DNA of 64,000 nucleotides from Acidobacteriota bacterium (GCA_021325515.1 JAJPHC010000054.1:147874-211873); one strand, 5' to 3'; shown: positions 1-10,076, numbered from the stretch's first letter. The notes: generated from the letters alone by a model not told the origin. Program-made: numbers and translations.

Positions 1-1288
1 CAACACGCAGGTCTGTCCCACCTGCCTCGGTTACCCCGGAGCGCTGCCGGTGCTGAATCGAGAGGCGGTCGAGCTCGCGATCCGGATGGCGATCGCGACC
101 GGTTGCACAATTCATCACCGCTCGATCTTCGCACGAAAGAACTATTTCTATCCGGACTTGCCGAAGGGATACCAGATTTCCCAGTTCGACGAGCCCCTCG
201 CCACCGGCGGGAGTGTGAACGGCATTCGCATCCGCCGCATCCACATGGAAGAAGATGCGGGAAAGCTCATCCATCACGGCGACGCCTCACACGTCGACCT
301 GAACCGTGCGGGCACGCCGCTCATCGAGATCGTCTCCGAGCCCGACATTCGCTCGGCGGCGGAAGCCGATGCCTACCTCACGCGGCTGCGGCAGACATTG
401 ATGTACGCAGGGGTCTGCGACGGCAACATGGAAGAGGGATCACTGCGGTGCGACGCGAACGTGTCGGTCCATCGCGAAGGCGAGCCGCTCGGCACGCGGA
501 CGGAAGTGAAGAACGTGAACTCGTTCCGCTTTCTGCGCGCGGCGATCGACTTCGAGATCGCGCGGCAGATCCAGGTGCTCGAAGCCGGCGGCACGATCGT
601 ACAGGAGACGCGGCTCTTCGATCCGAACAGCGGTGAGACACGCGTGATGCGCTCGAAGGAAGAGGCGCACGACTACCGCTACTTCCCCGATCCCGATCTG
701 CTGCCGCTGGAGATCGAGGAGGAGTGGATCGACGACGTGCGCACGGCGCTGCCCGAGCTGCCGGCGGCGCGCGTCGCGCGATATCAGAACGAGCATGGCC
801 TCTCGGCAACCGACGCGGAGATTCTCGTGACCAGCCGCGAGATCGCCGAGTACTTCGATGCGGCAGCCGCCGCGAGCGGCAACGCGCGCGCCGCGGCCAA
901 CTGGGTTCGGAACGACGTGCTGCGGATTCAAAACGAGCGCGGCGCGTGCAGGCTGTCGGCGGAAGGACTCGCGCAGTTGATCCGGCTGATCGATGCCGGC
1001 ACGATCGGCAGCAAGGCCGCGAAGGAAATCTTCGACGAGATCGCCACGACCGGCGAAGATCCGCGCGCGGTGGTCGAGCGCAAGGGACTCGCGCAAGTCA
1101 GCGATCCGGCCGTCATCCGCGAAGCGGCAGCGAAGGTGATCGAGCGCAACACAACCCAGGTCGAACAGTACCGCGCCGGCAAAACGCAGATCTTCGGCTT
1201 CCTCGTCGGCCAGTTGATGAAGGAAACGCGGGGCAAGGCGAATGCCGAGATGGCGAATGCGATTCTGAAGGAGATGTTGGGGGGGTAG
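1..1288 (+). CDS. gatB: Asp-tRNA(Asn)/Glu-tRNA(Gln) amidotransferase subunit B, 3' portion (5' end lies outside the window)
   Basis: Translation contains GatB hallmarks ([14 protein letters not shown]..., NVNSFRFL, C-terminal GatB/YqeY-like tail). The ORF frame continues to the window edge, so the listed Met at 50 is internal. Confidence 0.9.
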   Translation, partial: NTQVCPTCLGYPGALPVLNREAVELAIRMAIATGCTIHHRSIFARKNYFYPDLPKGYQISQFDEPLATGGSVNGIRIRRIHMEEDAGKLIHHGDASHVDLNRAGTPLIEIVSEPDIRSAAEADAYLTRLRQTLMYAGVCDGNMEEGSLRCDANVSVHREGEPLGTRTEVKNVNSFRFLRAAIDFEIARQIQVLEAGGTIVQETRLFDPNSGETRVMRSKEEAHDYRYFPDPDLLPLEIEEEWIDDVRTALPELPAARVARYQNEHGLSATDAEILVTSREIAEYFDAAAAASGNARAAANWVRNDVLRIQNERGACRLSAEGLAQLIRLIDAGTIGSKAAKEIFDEIATTGEDPRAVVERKGLAQVSDPAVIREAAAKVIERNTTQVEQYRAGKTQIFGFLVGQLMKETRGKANAEMANAILKEMLGG

Positions 1289-1340
1289 GCACGCGGGCTC
1301 GCGGGTACGCGGGCTCGCGGGTACGCGGGATGAGCCCGAT
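1289..1340. repeat. 16-bp direct repeat (ACGCGGGCTCGCGGGT x about 2.4) immediately 3' of gatB, ending in a short CGGG..CCCG inverted repeat
   Basis: Read directly: gcacgcgggctcgcgggtacgcgggctcgcgggtacgcgggatgagcccg. Confidence 0.4.
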
Positions 1341-1424
1341 GTTTCGGTTCAACGATTTCTTGAATTGATTGCAGGTTGCCACCGCGAGCCCGCAAGCCCG
1401 CGCAACCGCGCAACCAATACCGTC

Positions 1425-2183
1425 TCAGTGCCCCGCAGTACCCATCATCCTCTCGATCGGATTCGGCACCTTCCTGAATCCCGGCGGCAACGCGAATGTG
1501 CTGGCGGTCGCCGGCTTCTCTTTTACGTTTGAAACCGAGGTGGTGGAGGTCATTTCGATCGTCGTCTTGCCGCCGCTCGCCATCCTTACGTGCGTCACCT
1601 GCTTCAGCGGAAAGCCTTTGATGCTGTCGTTCTGCGCCGCGATCAGCTTGTCGAGCACCGGCATCCCGGTGCTTCCTCCGCGGTGCTGCAGAAACGCTGC
1701 GGATTCGGCCGGGATCTTCGGCGTGGACCACGACTCCATCGTGACGTCGAGGCGCGTCTTCATGTTGCCGATCGCAACGTCGGCACCGGCCGTGATCATC
1801 ATCCGATGCGTCGGATAGCCTTCGATCACACCGCCGTCGCCGTTGTCCTTCACGCTCACTTTCTCATTGGAGAGCTTGAGCAACTCCATCATGCCCGGCG
1901 GCGCGACGGCGCCGAGATCGATCTCGTAGTACGTCTTCGCTTCAGGGTCGAGCACCTCGAGCGTGTTCCCGCCGTCGCGTGAGATCGCGATCGCGCCGTT
2001 CCTGAAAACGAGCCCGTCGCCCTGCTCGAAATCGAGTCGCACGTTCCTGCCGTCGACGGTCGCGTGAATCTTCTGTTCCGACGATTGTGCGCCGCTCGTC
2101 GCGGTATGAATGTCATAGGTGAGACCTGCCGTGGCGCGAATGCTGGCGAGGACGATAACGACTGAAGATAGAAGACTTTTCAT
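1425..2183 (-). CDS. secreted hypothetical protein with N-terminal signal peptide (about 252 aa)
   Basis: Internal Met of the 745-aa ORF begins MKSLLSSVVIVLASIRATAG (signal-peptide-like). The downstream part has coherent protein-like composition. The ORF portion upstream of 2183 overlaps the FadL gene on the opposite strand and is rejected. Confidence 0.55.
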   Translation of the reverse strand: MKSLLSSVVIVLASIRATAGLTYDIHTATSGAQSSEQKIHATVDGRNVRLDFEQGDGLVFRNGAIAISRDGGNTLEVLDPEAKTYYEIDLGAVAPPGMMELLKLSNEKVSVKDNGDGGVIEGYPTHRMMITAGADVAIGNMKTRLDVTMESWSTPKIPAESAAFLQHRGGSTGMPVLDKLIAAQNDSIKGFPLKQVTHVRMASGGKTTIEMTSTTSVSNVKEKPATASTFALPPGFRKVPNPIERMMGTAGH

Positions 2184-2264
2184 CTGGCTCTCCGGTGCTA
2201 TGATTCGCGCGAATCGAGCCCCGGTCAAATTCCTGAAGATCGTCGATTCCTTGAGGAGGTCATC

Positions 2265-3545
2265 TTGCGTCGTGTAAGACTGTTGATCCTGATTTCGGCG
2301 GTATCCCTTGCAGTGTGTGGTGCAGCGTATGGTTCGGGTTTTTCGATCTTCGAGCAGGGTGCGAAGGCTACTGCAATGGGTGGTGCTTTCGCGGCGACCG
2401 CAGATGACCCGACCGCGATCTTTTACAACGTCGCCGGTATCGCGCAATTGCGCAAAACGGAAGTGACCGCCGGCGGCACGGGCATCACCTTTTCGAACGA
2501 GTTTCGGGGTGATCCCAACGATCCGTTCACATCCGGCGCGAAGGGTGAGTACAAGCATCACCTCTTCATTCCGCCCAATGCCTACGCCGTCATGCCGATC
2601 GGTGAAAACCTGACGGTCGGAGTGGGCGCATTCACCGCGTACGGCCTTCGTACGAACTGGGACGATCCGTGGATCGGCCGCTTCATCTCGCGCGATGCGA
2701 ACGTGAAGACGATCTCGGTCGAACCGGCAATCGCCTGGAAGACGAGCGATGGCCGCCTCGCGATCGGCTTCGGTCCGGAGTATCGCCGTTCGCACATCAC
2801 GCTCGACCGCAACAACCCCGCCTACAACCCCTTCACGCAGCGCGTCGCCGACGTCGTCAATGCGCATCTCAACAGCGACTGGGACAGCGCGTGGGGCTGG
2901 AACGCCGGCGTCCTGTTCAAGCCTAACGATTCGTGGCGGCTCGGGCTTTCCTACCGCGCCGATATGAAGATTGATTACAAGGGCGATGCGACGTTCACGC
3001 AGATTCCGACAGGAAACGCGATCGTCGACGCCGGCGTGAAGGCACAGCTTCCGCCGAATCAGGGAATCTCCACCTCCATCGCGTACCCCGCCACCGCAAT
3101 CGGCGGCGTCGCGTGGACGCATGGCGCGTGGGACATCGAAGGCGACATCACCCACACGACGTGGAGCCGCTTCAAGTCGCTCGACGTCACGTTCCTTCAG
3201 ACTCCTGCCCTCAGCTTCTCCCGTCCGCAGAACTGGAAGGACACGTACTCCTACCGCCTCGGCGCGAACGGCCGTGTGGCCTCGCACTGGGATGTCCGCT
3301 TCGGTCTCATCTTCGATGAGAACCCGCAGCCGACCTCCGGCGTCGGCCCGCTCCTTCCGGATTCCGACCGCACCGCAGCGTGCTTCGGAATCGGCTACCA
3401 CAACGGTCCGTTCATCATCGATCTCGCCGAGATGGCGCTGCACTTCAAGACACGCAGCACGAACGGCATCAGCAGTGACAACTTCAACGGCACGTACAAG
3501 ACCGACGGCAACCTGATCGGGTTCAACGTCGGCTACAAGTTCTAA
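2265..3545 (+). CDS. outer membrane transporter, FadL/TodX (OmpP1) family
   Basis: Signal peptide. N-terminal motif GFSIFEQGAKATAMGGAFAATADDPTAIFYNVAG typical of the FadL family. Alternating beta-strand pattern. C-terminal aromatic residue (..GYKF). Confidence 0.8.
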   Translation: MRRVRLLILISAVSLAVCGAAYGSGFSIFEQGAKATAMGGAFAATADDPTAIFYNVAGIAQLRKTEVTAGGTGITFSNEFRGDPNDPFTSGAKGEYKHHLFIPPNAYAVMPIGENLTVGVGAFTAYGLRTNWDDPWIGRFISRDANVKTISVEPAIAWKTSDGRLAIGFGPEYRRSHITLDRNNPAYNPFTQRVADVVNAHLNSDWDSAWGWNAGVLFKPNDSWRLGLSYRADMKIDYKGDATFTQIPTGNAIVDAGVKAQLPPNQGISTSIAYPATAIGGVAWTHGAWDIEGDITHTTWSRFKSLDVTFLQTPALSFSRPQNWKDTYSYRLGANGRVASHWDVRFGLIFDENPQPTSGVGPLLPDSDRTAACFGIGYHNGPFIIDLAEMALHFKTRSTNGISSDNFNGTYKTDGNLIGFNVGYKF

Positions 3546-3555
3546 GGAGAAGCGA

Positions 3556-5016
3556 ATGACGCGCAACAGAAGCTTCGCACGCATTGCAGCGGCACTGCTG
3601 TTGGTAACGCTCGCGGCCGTACCGATGTTCGCCGCGCACGGCACTGCCGATTTCTCACACATCGTCGCGCTCGGCGACAGCTACACCGCCGGGTTCTCGA
3701 ATGGTTCACTCAATGAGCGCCATCAGGTGTTCAGCTTCGCGGCAATCCTCGCCGAGCAGACGGGCAACAAGCTCTGCCAGCCGAACAACACCGCGGCGGA
3801 CAACTGCTTTGCGCAGCCGCTCGTGACGTGGCCCGGCATCCCGTCCGAACTGATCCTCACCTCGCCGTCGCTGACGGGCGTCGTCAACGCGCCCGGTCTC
3901 GGCGCACCGGCGATGACCGGTTTCGGCCGTCCGTACAACAACCTCGCCGTTCCGGGTGCGATGCTCTATGACATCGCGAATACGACGGGCGCCGAGAAGA
4001 CTCCGGTGACCTTCGAGCAGGGCACTCCGTTCCCTGCCTTCATCCTGCGCGGCCTCGGGTCGGCCGTCGATCAGGCGATCGCGCAGAAGCCGACGTTCCT
4101 GCTCTCCTGGATCGGCGGCGATGATTTCTTCCTCGCGGCAACGAGTGGCTCCGCCGTCGACTGCGGCACGAAGCCGCCGTACGTGAGCTGCCTCTCGACG
4201 CCTGACGCGTTCGAGACGCAGTTCGCGGCGATTCTCGACAAGTTCATCGCCGGCGCACCGAATGCCGGCATCGTCGTCGGCGACTTCCCGCCGGCCGTGT
4301 TCACGCAGCTCCCCTACACGTCGCTGATTCCGGCGATCGTGCTCGATTCATCCCTCAAGCCGGTGCTCAACAACGGCGCGCCGATCCCTCTGTTCGGCAT
4401 CGTCAACGGTGCGCCCGCCGCACTGCCGCTCGGCTCCGTCGTGCTTCTGCCTTCGGCGCCGAAACTCTTCACGGGCCTCGGCATTCCTCCGCAGCTCGCA
4501 GCCCTTCCGCCGTTCAACACGCTGCCGAACGCCGGCAAGCCGCTCGCGGACAGCGATGTCATCACGCCCGCCGAGCAGGCGGCGATCGCTGCGCGCATCA
4601 CGGCCTATAACGCTTCGATCAAGAAGGTCGCGGCTGCGCGCAATATCCCCGTCGCCGACATCAGCGGCCTCTTCGACCGCATCAAGGCCGGCAAGGTCAA
4701 CGTTGCGGGCGTTCCGCTGAGCACCGCGTACATCACCGGCGGCATCGTCGGCCTCGACGCGAATCACCTGACGGATCTCGGCTACACGCTGATGGCGAAC
4801 GAGTTCATCAAGGCGATCAACGCCGGCTATGGCACTCACATCCCGCTGGCGCCGACCTCGCGCTTCCTGCAGAACAACGACCCCGGCACCTCGGCTGCCC
4901 TCGGACTGAGCCTGACGACGCTCCCGACGTTCTCGCCGGAAGCGCTGAAGACGATGTCGTTCTTCACCTGGACGCCGGCGCCGGCCCCGAGCCGCTTCCG
5001 GTCGATCAGCCACTAA
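3556..5016 (+). CDS. secreted SGNH/GDSL-family hydrolase (lipase/esterase-like)
   Basis: Signal peptide. GDSYTAG block I motif near the N-terminus. Starts 10 bp after the FadL stop with AGGAGA upstream, so translationally coupled. Confidence 0.8.
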   Translation: MTRNRSFARIAAALLLVTLAAVPMFAAHGTADFSHIVALGDSYTAGFSNGSLNERHQVFSFAAILAEQTGNKLCQPNNTAADNCFAQPLVTWPGIPSELILTSPSLTGVVNAPGLGAPAMTGFGRPYNNLAVPGAMLYDIANTTGAEKTPVTFEQGTPFPAFILRGLGSAVDQAIAQKPTFLLSWIGGDDFFLAATSGSAVDCGTKPPYVSCLSTPDAFETQFAAILDKFIAGAPNAGIVVGDFPPAVFTQLPYTSLIPAIVLDSSLKPVLNNGAPIPLFGIVNGAPAALPLGSVVLLPSAPKLFTGLGIPPQLAALPPFNTLPNAGKPLADSDVITPAEQAAIAARITAYNASIKKVAAARNIPVADISGLFDRIKAGKVNVAGVPLSTAYITGGIVGLDANHLTDLGYTLMANEFIKAINAGYGTHIPLAPTSRFLQNNDPGTSAALGLSLTTLPTFSPEALKTMSFFTWTPAPAPSRFRSISH

Positions 5017-5040
5017 CACTTCATTGCATCACGATACGAG

Positions 5041-5071
5041 AGGCGGCCTCCGGGCCGCCTTTCTTTTTTTG
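5041..5071 (+). terminator. intrinsic terminator after the SGNH hydrolase gene
   Basis: aggcggcc-tccg-ggccgcct stem-loop followed by ttcttttttt. Confidence 0.65.
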
Positions 5072-5154
5072 CGCATGGCGTTTCAGTGGGTAACTGCCTC
5101 GCTATCCGTCCTCGCGGCAGCATTCAGAAGAACTGCGGGTGCCGGATCACGGAT

Positions 5155-5502
5155 TCAAGCACCCGGCGATCTCCGGCCGCCGGTGAGCAATGGAAATGGA
5201 TTGATCGCGCCGCCGCGCCATCGATAGATCCCGTAGTGCAGATGCGGCGGTGTCGTGACCGAGGCACCCTGGTGATGGCGCCCGCCGGGACGCGGCGAGC
5301 CCCAGCTATCGCTGACGTCCGCGGCGCGGACTCCTGCGACCGGCACCGGCAGATGTGCCGGCGCATCGGCAAGGATCAGTCGAAGGGCTGCGATCGGATG
5401 GCGAAGTGCAGGACCAACTTCGTGTACGACAAACACGATCACAGCCGCGAGCAGCGCGAAGCCGCCCGCGACGGCGATCGGTCTGGTTCGATCGGGACGC
5501 AC
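5155..5502 (-). pseudogene. M23 (LytM-type) peptidase remnant: TM helix plus a collapsed catalytic domain
   Basis: The 115-aa ORF contains ..SDSWGSPRPGGRHHQG.. (resembling the FG.R.HP..G..H.G.D motif region) directly followed by TTPPHLHYGIYRWRGGAINPFPLL (the HxH motif end). The roughly 60 aa that normally separate these motifs are missing. Confidence 0.3.
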
Positions 5503-5567
5503 AGAACGAAGATTATGACGCTTGGATCGCTGCCGGTGTCACCGCCCGGCGCGCAACCGCGAGACGC

Positions 5568-5951
5568 CTACGTTCCGGCGGGCCGGCCTCGAGGCGACGG
5601 ACGCGAGATGTCGATCATCGCCATCCGCTCCTTCTCGTCGTACCAGCAGTGGAAGCGTTTGATGCCCGGCACTTCGATGTCGTAGAAGCGGAAAAAGCTC
5701 GGGACGTGCAGCGAGGTCGACTTGTCCGACTGACGGATCTTCGCCGCCCCTTCTTCCTTTTTGTCGAGCGCGCGAATGCCGATGACCTTGCGCTTCTTGT
5801 CGTAGTAAAGATTCGCGCTGGTCTTGCCGCGGAGCCGCAGCATGTTGGCCACGGGAGAGGGCAAACGGATCAGACGCGATTGGACGATGGTCGCCGAAGC
5901 TGGAAAACGTTCGAATTCAGGCTGCGGCTCCCATTTCTCAAAAGCCATCAC
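5568..5951 (-). CDS. hypothetical protein (127 aa)
   Basis: ORF with plausible composition ending before an AT-rich divergent promoter region. No family recognised. Confidence 0.45.
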   Translation of the reverse strand: MMAFEKWEPQPEFERFPASATIVQSRLIRLPSPVANMLRLRGKTSANLYYDKKRKVIGIRALDKKEEGAAKIRQSDKSTSLHVPSFFRFYDIEVPGIKRFHCWYDEKERMAMIDISRPSPRGRPAGT

Positions 5952-6034
5952 TCCGACTCCTCACCCATCACGAACCCCGGTGGCGCAGGTGATAAGATCA
6001 TAAAATTCCGAAAGTTTTTGTCAACAATTAATCG

Positions 6035-6062
6035 CACTCGTTTGCCATCCCAAAAACGAGTG
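6035..6062. promoter_or_regulatory. 9-bp perfect inverted repeat (CACTCGTTT-N10-AAACGAGTG) in AT-rich divergent promoter region
   Basis: Read directly in the 5950-6190 AT-rich intergenic region, upstream of the B12-radical SAM gene. Confidence 0.35.
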
Positions 6063-6186
6063 TTTGGAGTGGTTGATTCCAGGATTTATCTTATATTGCA
6101 GTATTTTCATGACGGCCTGAGGCGGATTCCAAAACACGGCTGAGCCCGCTTAAACCTTTGGTACTATTCGAGTTCCTGATAAACCC

Positions 6187-7905
6187 ATGCCGACCTTCTG
6201 TCTTGTTCTCGTCAAACCGTCGCACTACGACGACGACGGTTATGTCATCCAATGGTTCCGTTCGGCCATCCCCTCAAATTCTCTTGCGGCGCTCTACGGC
6301 CTGGCCCGTGACTGCGCCGCGCGACAGATTCTCGGCCCCGAAACCACGCTGGAAATCCATCCGATCGACGAGACGAATACTCGTGTACGTCCGGAGAAAC
6401 TCGCGCGAATGATCGAGCGCGCGGGCGCCGGAATGGTGATGCTCGCCGGCGTGCAGTCGAATCAGTTCCCGCGCGCGCTCGATCTCGCGCGCCCGTTGCG
6501 CGAGCGCGGCATTCAGGTCGCGATCGGCGGCTTTCACGTCTCCGGCACGATCAGCATGCTGCAGGGAAACGATCCCGATCTCGACAGAGCGCGCGCGATG
6601 GGCATCACGCTCTTCGCCGGCGAAGCAGAAGGCCGTCTGGAAGAAGTGCTGCGCGACGCTGCAGCCAATGCACTGAAGCCGATGTACAACTTCATGGCCG
6701 ACCTGCCGAACATTCAGGGGACGCCGATTCCGCTGATCACCGCGCTCCGCGCGTGGCGCACCGCGGGCGGCGTCACGAGCTTCGACGCAGGCCGCGGCTG
6801 CCCGTTCCAGTGCTCCTTCTGCACGATCATCAACGTGCAGGGACGCAAGTCACGGCGCCGTTCGGCCGACGACATCGAGAAAATCGTTCGTGAAAATGTT
6901 GCGCAGGGACTGCACAGCTTTTTCATCACGGACGACAACTTCGCGCGCAACACGGAATGGGAATCGATTCTCGATCGCCTCATCGCGCTGCGCGAAGAAG
7001 GAATCAAGATCCACTTCATCATTCAGGTCGACACGCTCTGCCATAAGATCCCGCGCTTCATCGAGAAATGTGCGAAGGCGGGCGTGCGGCGCGTCTTCAT
7101 CGGGCTGGAGAACATCAATCCCGACAGCCTCGCCGGCGCAAAGAAGCGGCAGAACAAGATCACTGAATACCGCAAGATGCTGCTTGCCTGGAAAGAGGCG
7201 CGCGTCATCACCTACGCCGGCTACATCCTCGGCTTCCCCAACGACACGATCGAGTCGATCCGCGAAGACATCGAGATCATCAAGCGCGAGCTGCCGGTCG
7301 ATCTGCTCGAGTTCTTCTTCCTCACTCCTCTCCCCGGATCCGAGGATCATCAGACGCTCGTGCGGAAGGGCGTGGAGCTGGATCCCGACATCAACAAGTA
7401 CGACCTCAATCACGTCTGCACCGGTCACTCGAAGATGTCGAAGGAGCAGTGGGAGGAAGCGTACCGGACGGCGTGGGATACGTATTACACGATGGACCAC
7501 GTCGACAAGGTGCTGCGCCGGCTCGTCGCGAAGCGCGCGAGCGCGAGCAACGCGATCCTGCTGATGACGTGGTTCAAAGGCTCGATCCACATCGAGGGCG
7601 TTCATCCGCTCGAGGCGGGCCTGTTCCGCTACAAGTTCCGCCGCGACCGCAGACCGGGGCTGCCGGTCGAGCCGGCGTGGAAGTTCTATCCCGGCTACAT
7701 TTTCGAATCGATCTCGAAGCTCAGGCGCTGGGCGAAGATCTACCTCAGCCTCCGCAAGATCTACGTCCGCATCAAGCACGATCCGAAGCGCTACGAGTAC
7801 ATGGATACGGCGCTGACGCCGGTGACGGACGATGAGCTCGAGACACTCGAGTTGTTTCACCACAACGCGGCTGCGGAGAAGTTCGTGGAGATGGTCAACG
7901 GCTGA
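6187..7905 (+). CDS. B12-binding domain-containing radical SAM protein (DUF4070-type C-terminus)
   Basis: CPFQCSFC (CxxxCxxC) radical SAM cluster motif around aa 205. N-terminal B12-binding-like domain. Long C-terminal extension as in the DUF4070 class. Confidence 0.85.
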   Translation: MPTFCLVLVKPSHYDDDGYVIQWFRSAIPSNSLAALYGLARDCAARQILGPETTLEIHPIDETNTRVRPEKLARMIERAGAGMVMLAGVQSNQFPRALDLARPLRERGIQVAIGGFHVSGTISMLQGNDPDLDRARAMGITLFAGEAEGRLEEVLRDAAANALKPMYNFMADLPNIQGTPIPLITALRAWRTAGGVTSFDAGRGCPFQCSFCTIINVQGRKSRRRSADDIEKIVRENVAQGLHSFFITDDNFARNTEWESILDRLIALREEGIKIHFIIQVDTLCHKIPRFIEKCAKAGVRRVFIGLENINPDSLAGAKKRQNKITEYRKMLLAWKEARVITYAGYILGFPNDTIESIREDIEIIKRELPVDLLEFFFLTPLPGSEDHQTLVRKGVELDPDINKYDLNHVCTGHSKMSKEQWEEAYRTAWDTYYTMDHVDKVLRRLVAKRASASNAILLMTWFKGSIHIEGVHPLEAGLFRYKFRRDRRPGLPVEPAWKFYPGYIFESISKLRRWAKIYLSLRKIYVRIKHDPKRYEYMDTALTPVTDDELETLELFHHNAAAEKFVEMVNG

Positions 7906-7985
7906 TGCTTCGGGCAGCGCTTGAGGTTCTCGTCATTCCGAGGTAGCCTCGGGCCGGGGATTTCCGCGGGTCGAAACGACCCGCC

Positions 7986-9521
7986 ATGCTGTCGAAAATC
8001 TGGACTGCCGCGACTCTCGGCATCGATGCCGTTCGCATCGTGATCGAGGTCAATGCCGCTACCTCCAATCAACCGGGATTCACACTCGTCGGTCTACCCG
8101 ACGCCGCCGTGCGCGAAGCGTATGCGCGCGTTCGTGCCGCGCTGCACAACTGCGGCTTTCATCTCCCGCCCCGCTACATCGTCGTCAATCTCTCGCCTGC
8201 CGATGTGAAGAAGGAGGGCTCGGGGTTCGATCTGCCGATCGCGATCGGTATGCTCCACGCGATGGAGTTTCTGAGTGAAGAGCATGTCACGGGACGCGTG
8301 TTCGCGGGCGAGCTTTCGCTGGACGGTACGCTCGCTCCGCTGCGCGGCGCGCTCTCGATCTCGGCGGCGATGGCAAGCGACGCGGCCGTGCGCGAGTTGA
8401 TCGTGCCGGAGGCGAACGCGAATGAAGCGGCGGCGGTCCGCGGCGTCCCGATCATCGGTGCGCGCAACCTCCCCTCGCTGCTGGCGCACCTCATCGGCCA
8501 CGCACCGATCGCACCTGCGGTCTCGGCAACGCAGGCCGAGACACCGGGCGATCATGCCGATTACGCCGAAGTGCGCGGCCAGGCCCAGGCCAAGCGTGCC
8601 CTCGAGGTTGCGGCCGCGGGCGGGCACAACGTGCTGATGATCGGCCCTCCCGGTTCGGGAAAGACCATGCTGGCCAAGCGGCTCCCGTCGATCCTCCCTA
8701 ACCTTTCGCTGCACGAGTCGATCGTGACGACGAAGATTCACTCCGTTGCGGGCACGCTTCCGACCGGCGGCGGACTGCTGACGCGGCGGCCGTTCCGCGC
8801 ACCGCATCACACGATCTCGACGGCGGGCCTCGTCGGCGGCGGCTCGCCGTTGCGGCCGGGCGAAGTGAGCCTCGCGCATCATGGCGTGCTGTTTCTCGAT
8901 GAGCTGGCAGAGTTCCGCCGCGATACGCTCGAAGTGATGCGCCAGCCGATGGAGGATGGAATGGTCACCCTCGCGCGTGCCGCCCGCACCCTCACCTATC
9001 CCTCGCGCTTCACTCTTGCCGCCGCGTTGAATCCATGTCCCTGCGGCTACTTCAACGACAAGCGGCGGGAGTGCATCTGCACTCCTCCGCAGATCTCGCG
9101 GTATCTCTCCAAGATCTCGGGGCCGCTGCTCGACCGCATCGATCTGCAGGTCGAGGTCGGCGCTTTGACGAGCGACGAGATCTCCTCGCTGACACCGGCC
9201 GAGCCATCCGACCGCATTCGCGAGCGTGTCGAATCGGCGCGCAGCATCCAACAACAGCGGTTCCGGCGCTCGGCGATCACCTGCAACGCTGAGATGACGG
9301 CGCGGCACATGCGGAAGTGGTGCGAGCTCGACGCTGCATCGAGGCGCCTGCTGGTCGCCGCGATCGAGCGCCTCGGCCTCTCGGCACGCGCGCACGACCG
9401 CGTCCTCAAGGTCGCGCGGACGATTGCCGATCTCTCGGCACTCGAGCACATCGAGCCCGCCCATGTCGCCGAAGCGGTGCAGTACCGCGCGCTCGATCGT
9501 GCCTACTTCCGGACGGGCTAG
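7986..9521 (+). CDS. YifB/ComM family Mg-chelatase-like AAA+ ATPase
   Basis: N-terminal Lon-protease-like domain (ML..TLGIDA..V.VE...G.P.F.LVGLPD). Walker A GPPGSGKTMLAKR. C-terminal ChlI-like domain. Confidence 0.9.
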   Translation: MLSKIWTAATLGIDAVRIVIEVNAATSNQPGFTLVGLPDAAVREAYARVRAALHNCGFHLPPRYIVVNLSPADVKKEGSGFDLPIAIGMLHAMEFLSEEHVTGRVFAGELSLDGTLAPLRGALSISAAMASDAAVRELIVPEANANEAAAVRGVPIIGARNLPSLLAHLIGHAPIAPAVSATQAETPGDHADYAEVRGQAQAKRALEVAAAGGHNVLMIGPPGSGKTMLAKRLPSILPNLSLHESIVTTKIHSVAGTLPTGGGLLTRRPFRAPHHTISTAGLVGGGSPLRPGEVSLAHHGVLFLDELAEFRRDTLEVMRQPMEDGMVTLARAARTLTYPSRFTLAAALNPCPCGYFNDKRRECICTPPQISRYLSKISGPLLDRIDLQVEVGALTSDEISSLTPAEPSDRIRERVESARSIQQQRFRRSAITCNAEMTARHMRKWCELDAASRRLLVAAIERLGLSARAHDRVLKVARTIADLSALEHIEPAHVAEAVQYRALDRAYFRTG

Positions 9522-9525
9522 TGCA

Positions 9526-9960
9526 CTATTCCTCGGCTCGCGGAGCGTCGCGCTGTTCCAGGCTCGCGCTCATGGTCCCATTGGCGCTCCTGTCCTTCGT
9601 GAGCGCGACTTCGCGAATCATCGCGACGAGCTGCGGCACGTCGAACGGCTTGCGCACGATCGCATGAACGTGCGAAGGGGGAAGCTGTCCAATGACGACG
9701 TCATCGAACGCGGTGATCACGATGATCGACGTCGCCGGCGCAGGCGACCTCTTCAGAAAGACGTCGAGAAACTCGAAACCATTGAAGCGCGGCATCATCA
9801 GATCGAGAACGATCACCGCGTAATCGGTCGAACTGCAGAGCTCGAGTGCCGCCAGCCCATCTTCCGCTGTGTCGATCTGCAACGGCTCGCGCTGCAAGGC
9901 CGCCACGAGCAGCGCACGGATGGCATCGTCATCCTCGACCACGAGTATCCTGGGTTGCAT
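9526..9960 (-). CDS. single-domain response regulator (CheY-like receiver)
   Basis: MQPRILVVEDDDAIRALL...DLMMP...RKPFD receiver motifs. The start is taken at the internal Met with the ILVVEDD motif. Confidence 0.8.
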   Translation of the reverse strand: MQPRILVVEDDDAIRALLVAALQREPLQIDTAEDGLAALELCSSTDYAVIVLDLMMPRFNGFEFLDVFLKRSPAPATSIIVITAFDDVVIGQLPPSHVHAIVRKPFDVPQLVAMIREVALTKDRSANGTMSASLEQRDAPRAEE

Positions 9961-10076
9961 CACAGAGAATCGAAACGTGAGATGCACGGAACGAGCCCGG
10001 AACTTGCTTTGATCCGCACTGATCCTGCTGTGCGCCTGTGATAAAAGGCGCCGACTCATTCCACTCGAGGAGAACC

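Noticed and set aside
2184-3662. Upstream part of the 745-aa minus-strand ORF (1425..3662)
   Set aside because: It overlaps the well-supported FadL gene on the opposite strand. The product there is Arg/Ala/Gly-rich as expected for an antisense frame in high-GC DNA. Only the 3' portion from the MKSLLSS Met onward is kept.
5086-5685. 199-aa plus-strand ORF overlapping the M23 remnant region
   Set aside because: Arg-rich low-complexity product with no motifs. The opposite strand carries recognisable M23 motif fragments, and neither is strongly supported as a functional gene.
8094-9464. 456-aa minus-strand ORF antisense to the yifB/comM gene
   Set aside because: Completely contained antisense to a gene with strong motif support. 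The product is an R/A/G/D-rich low-complexity artefact.
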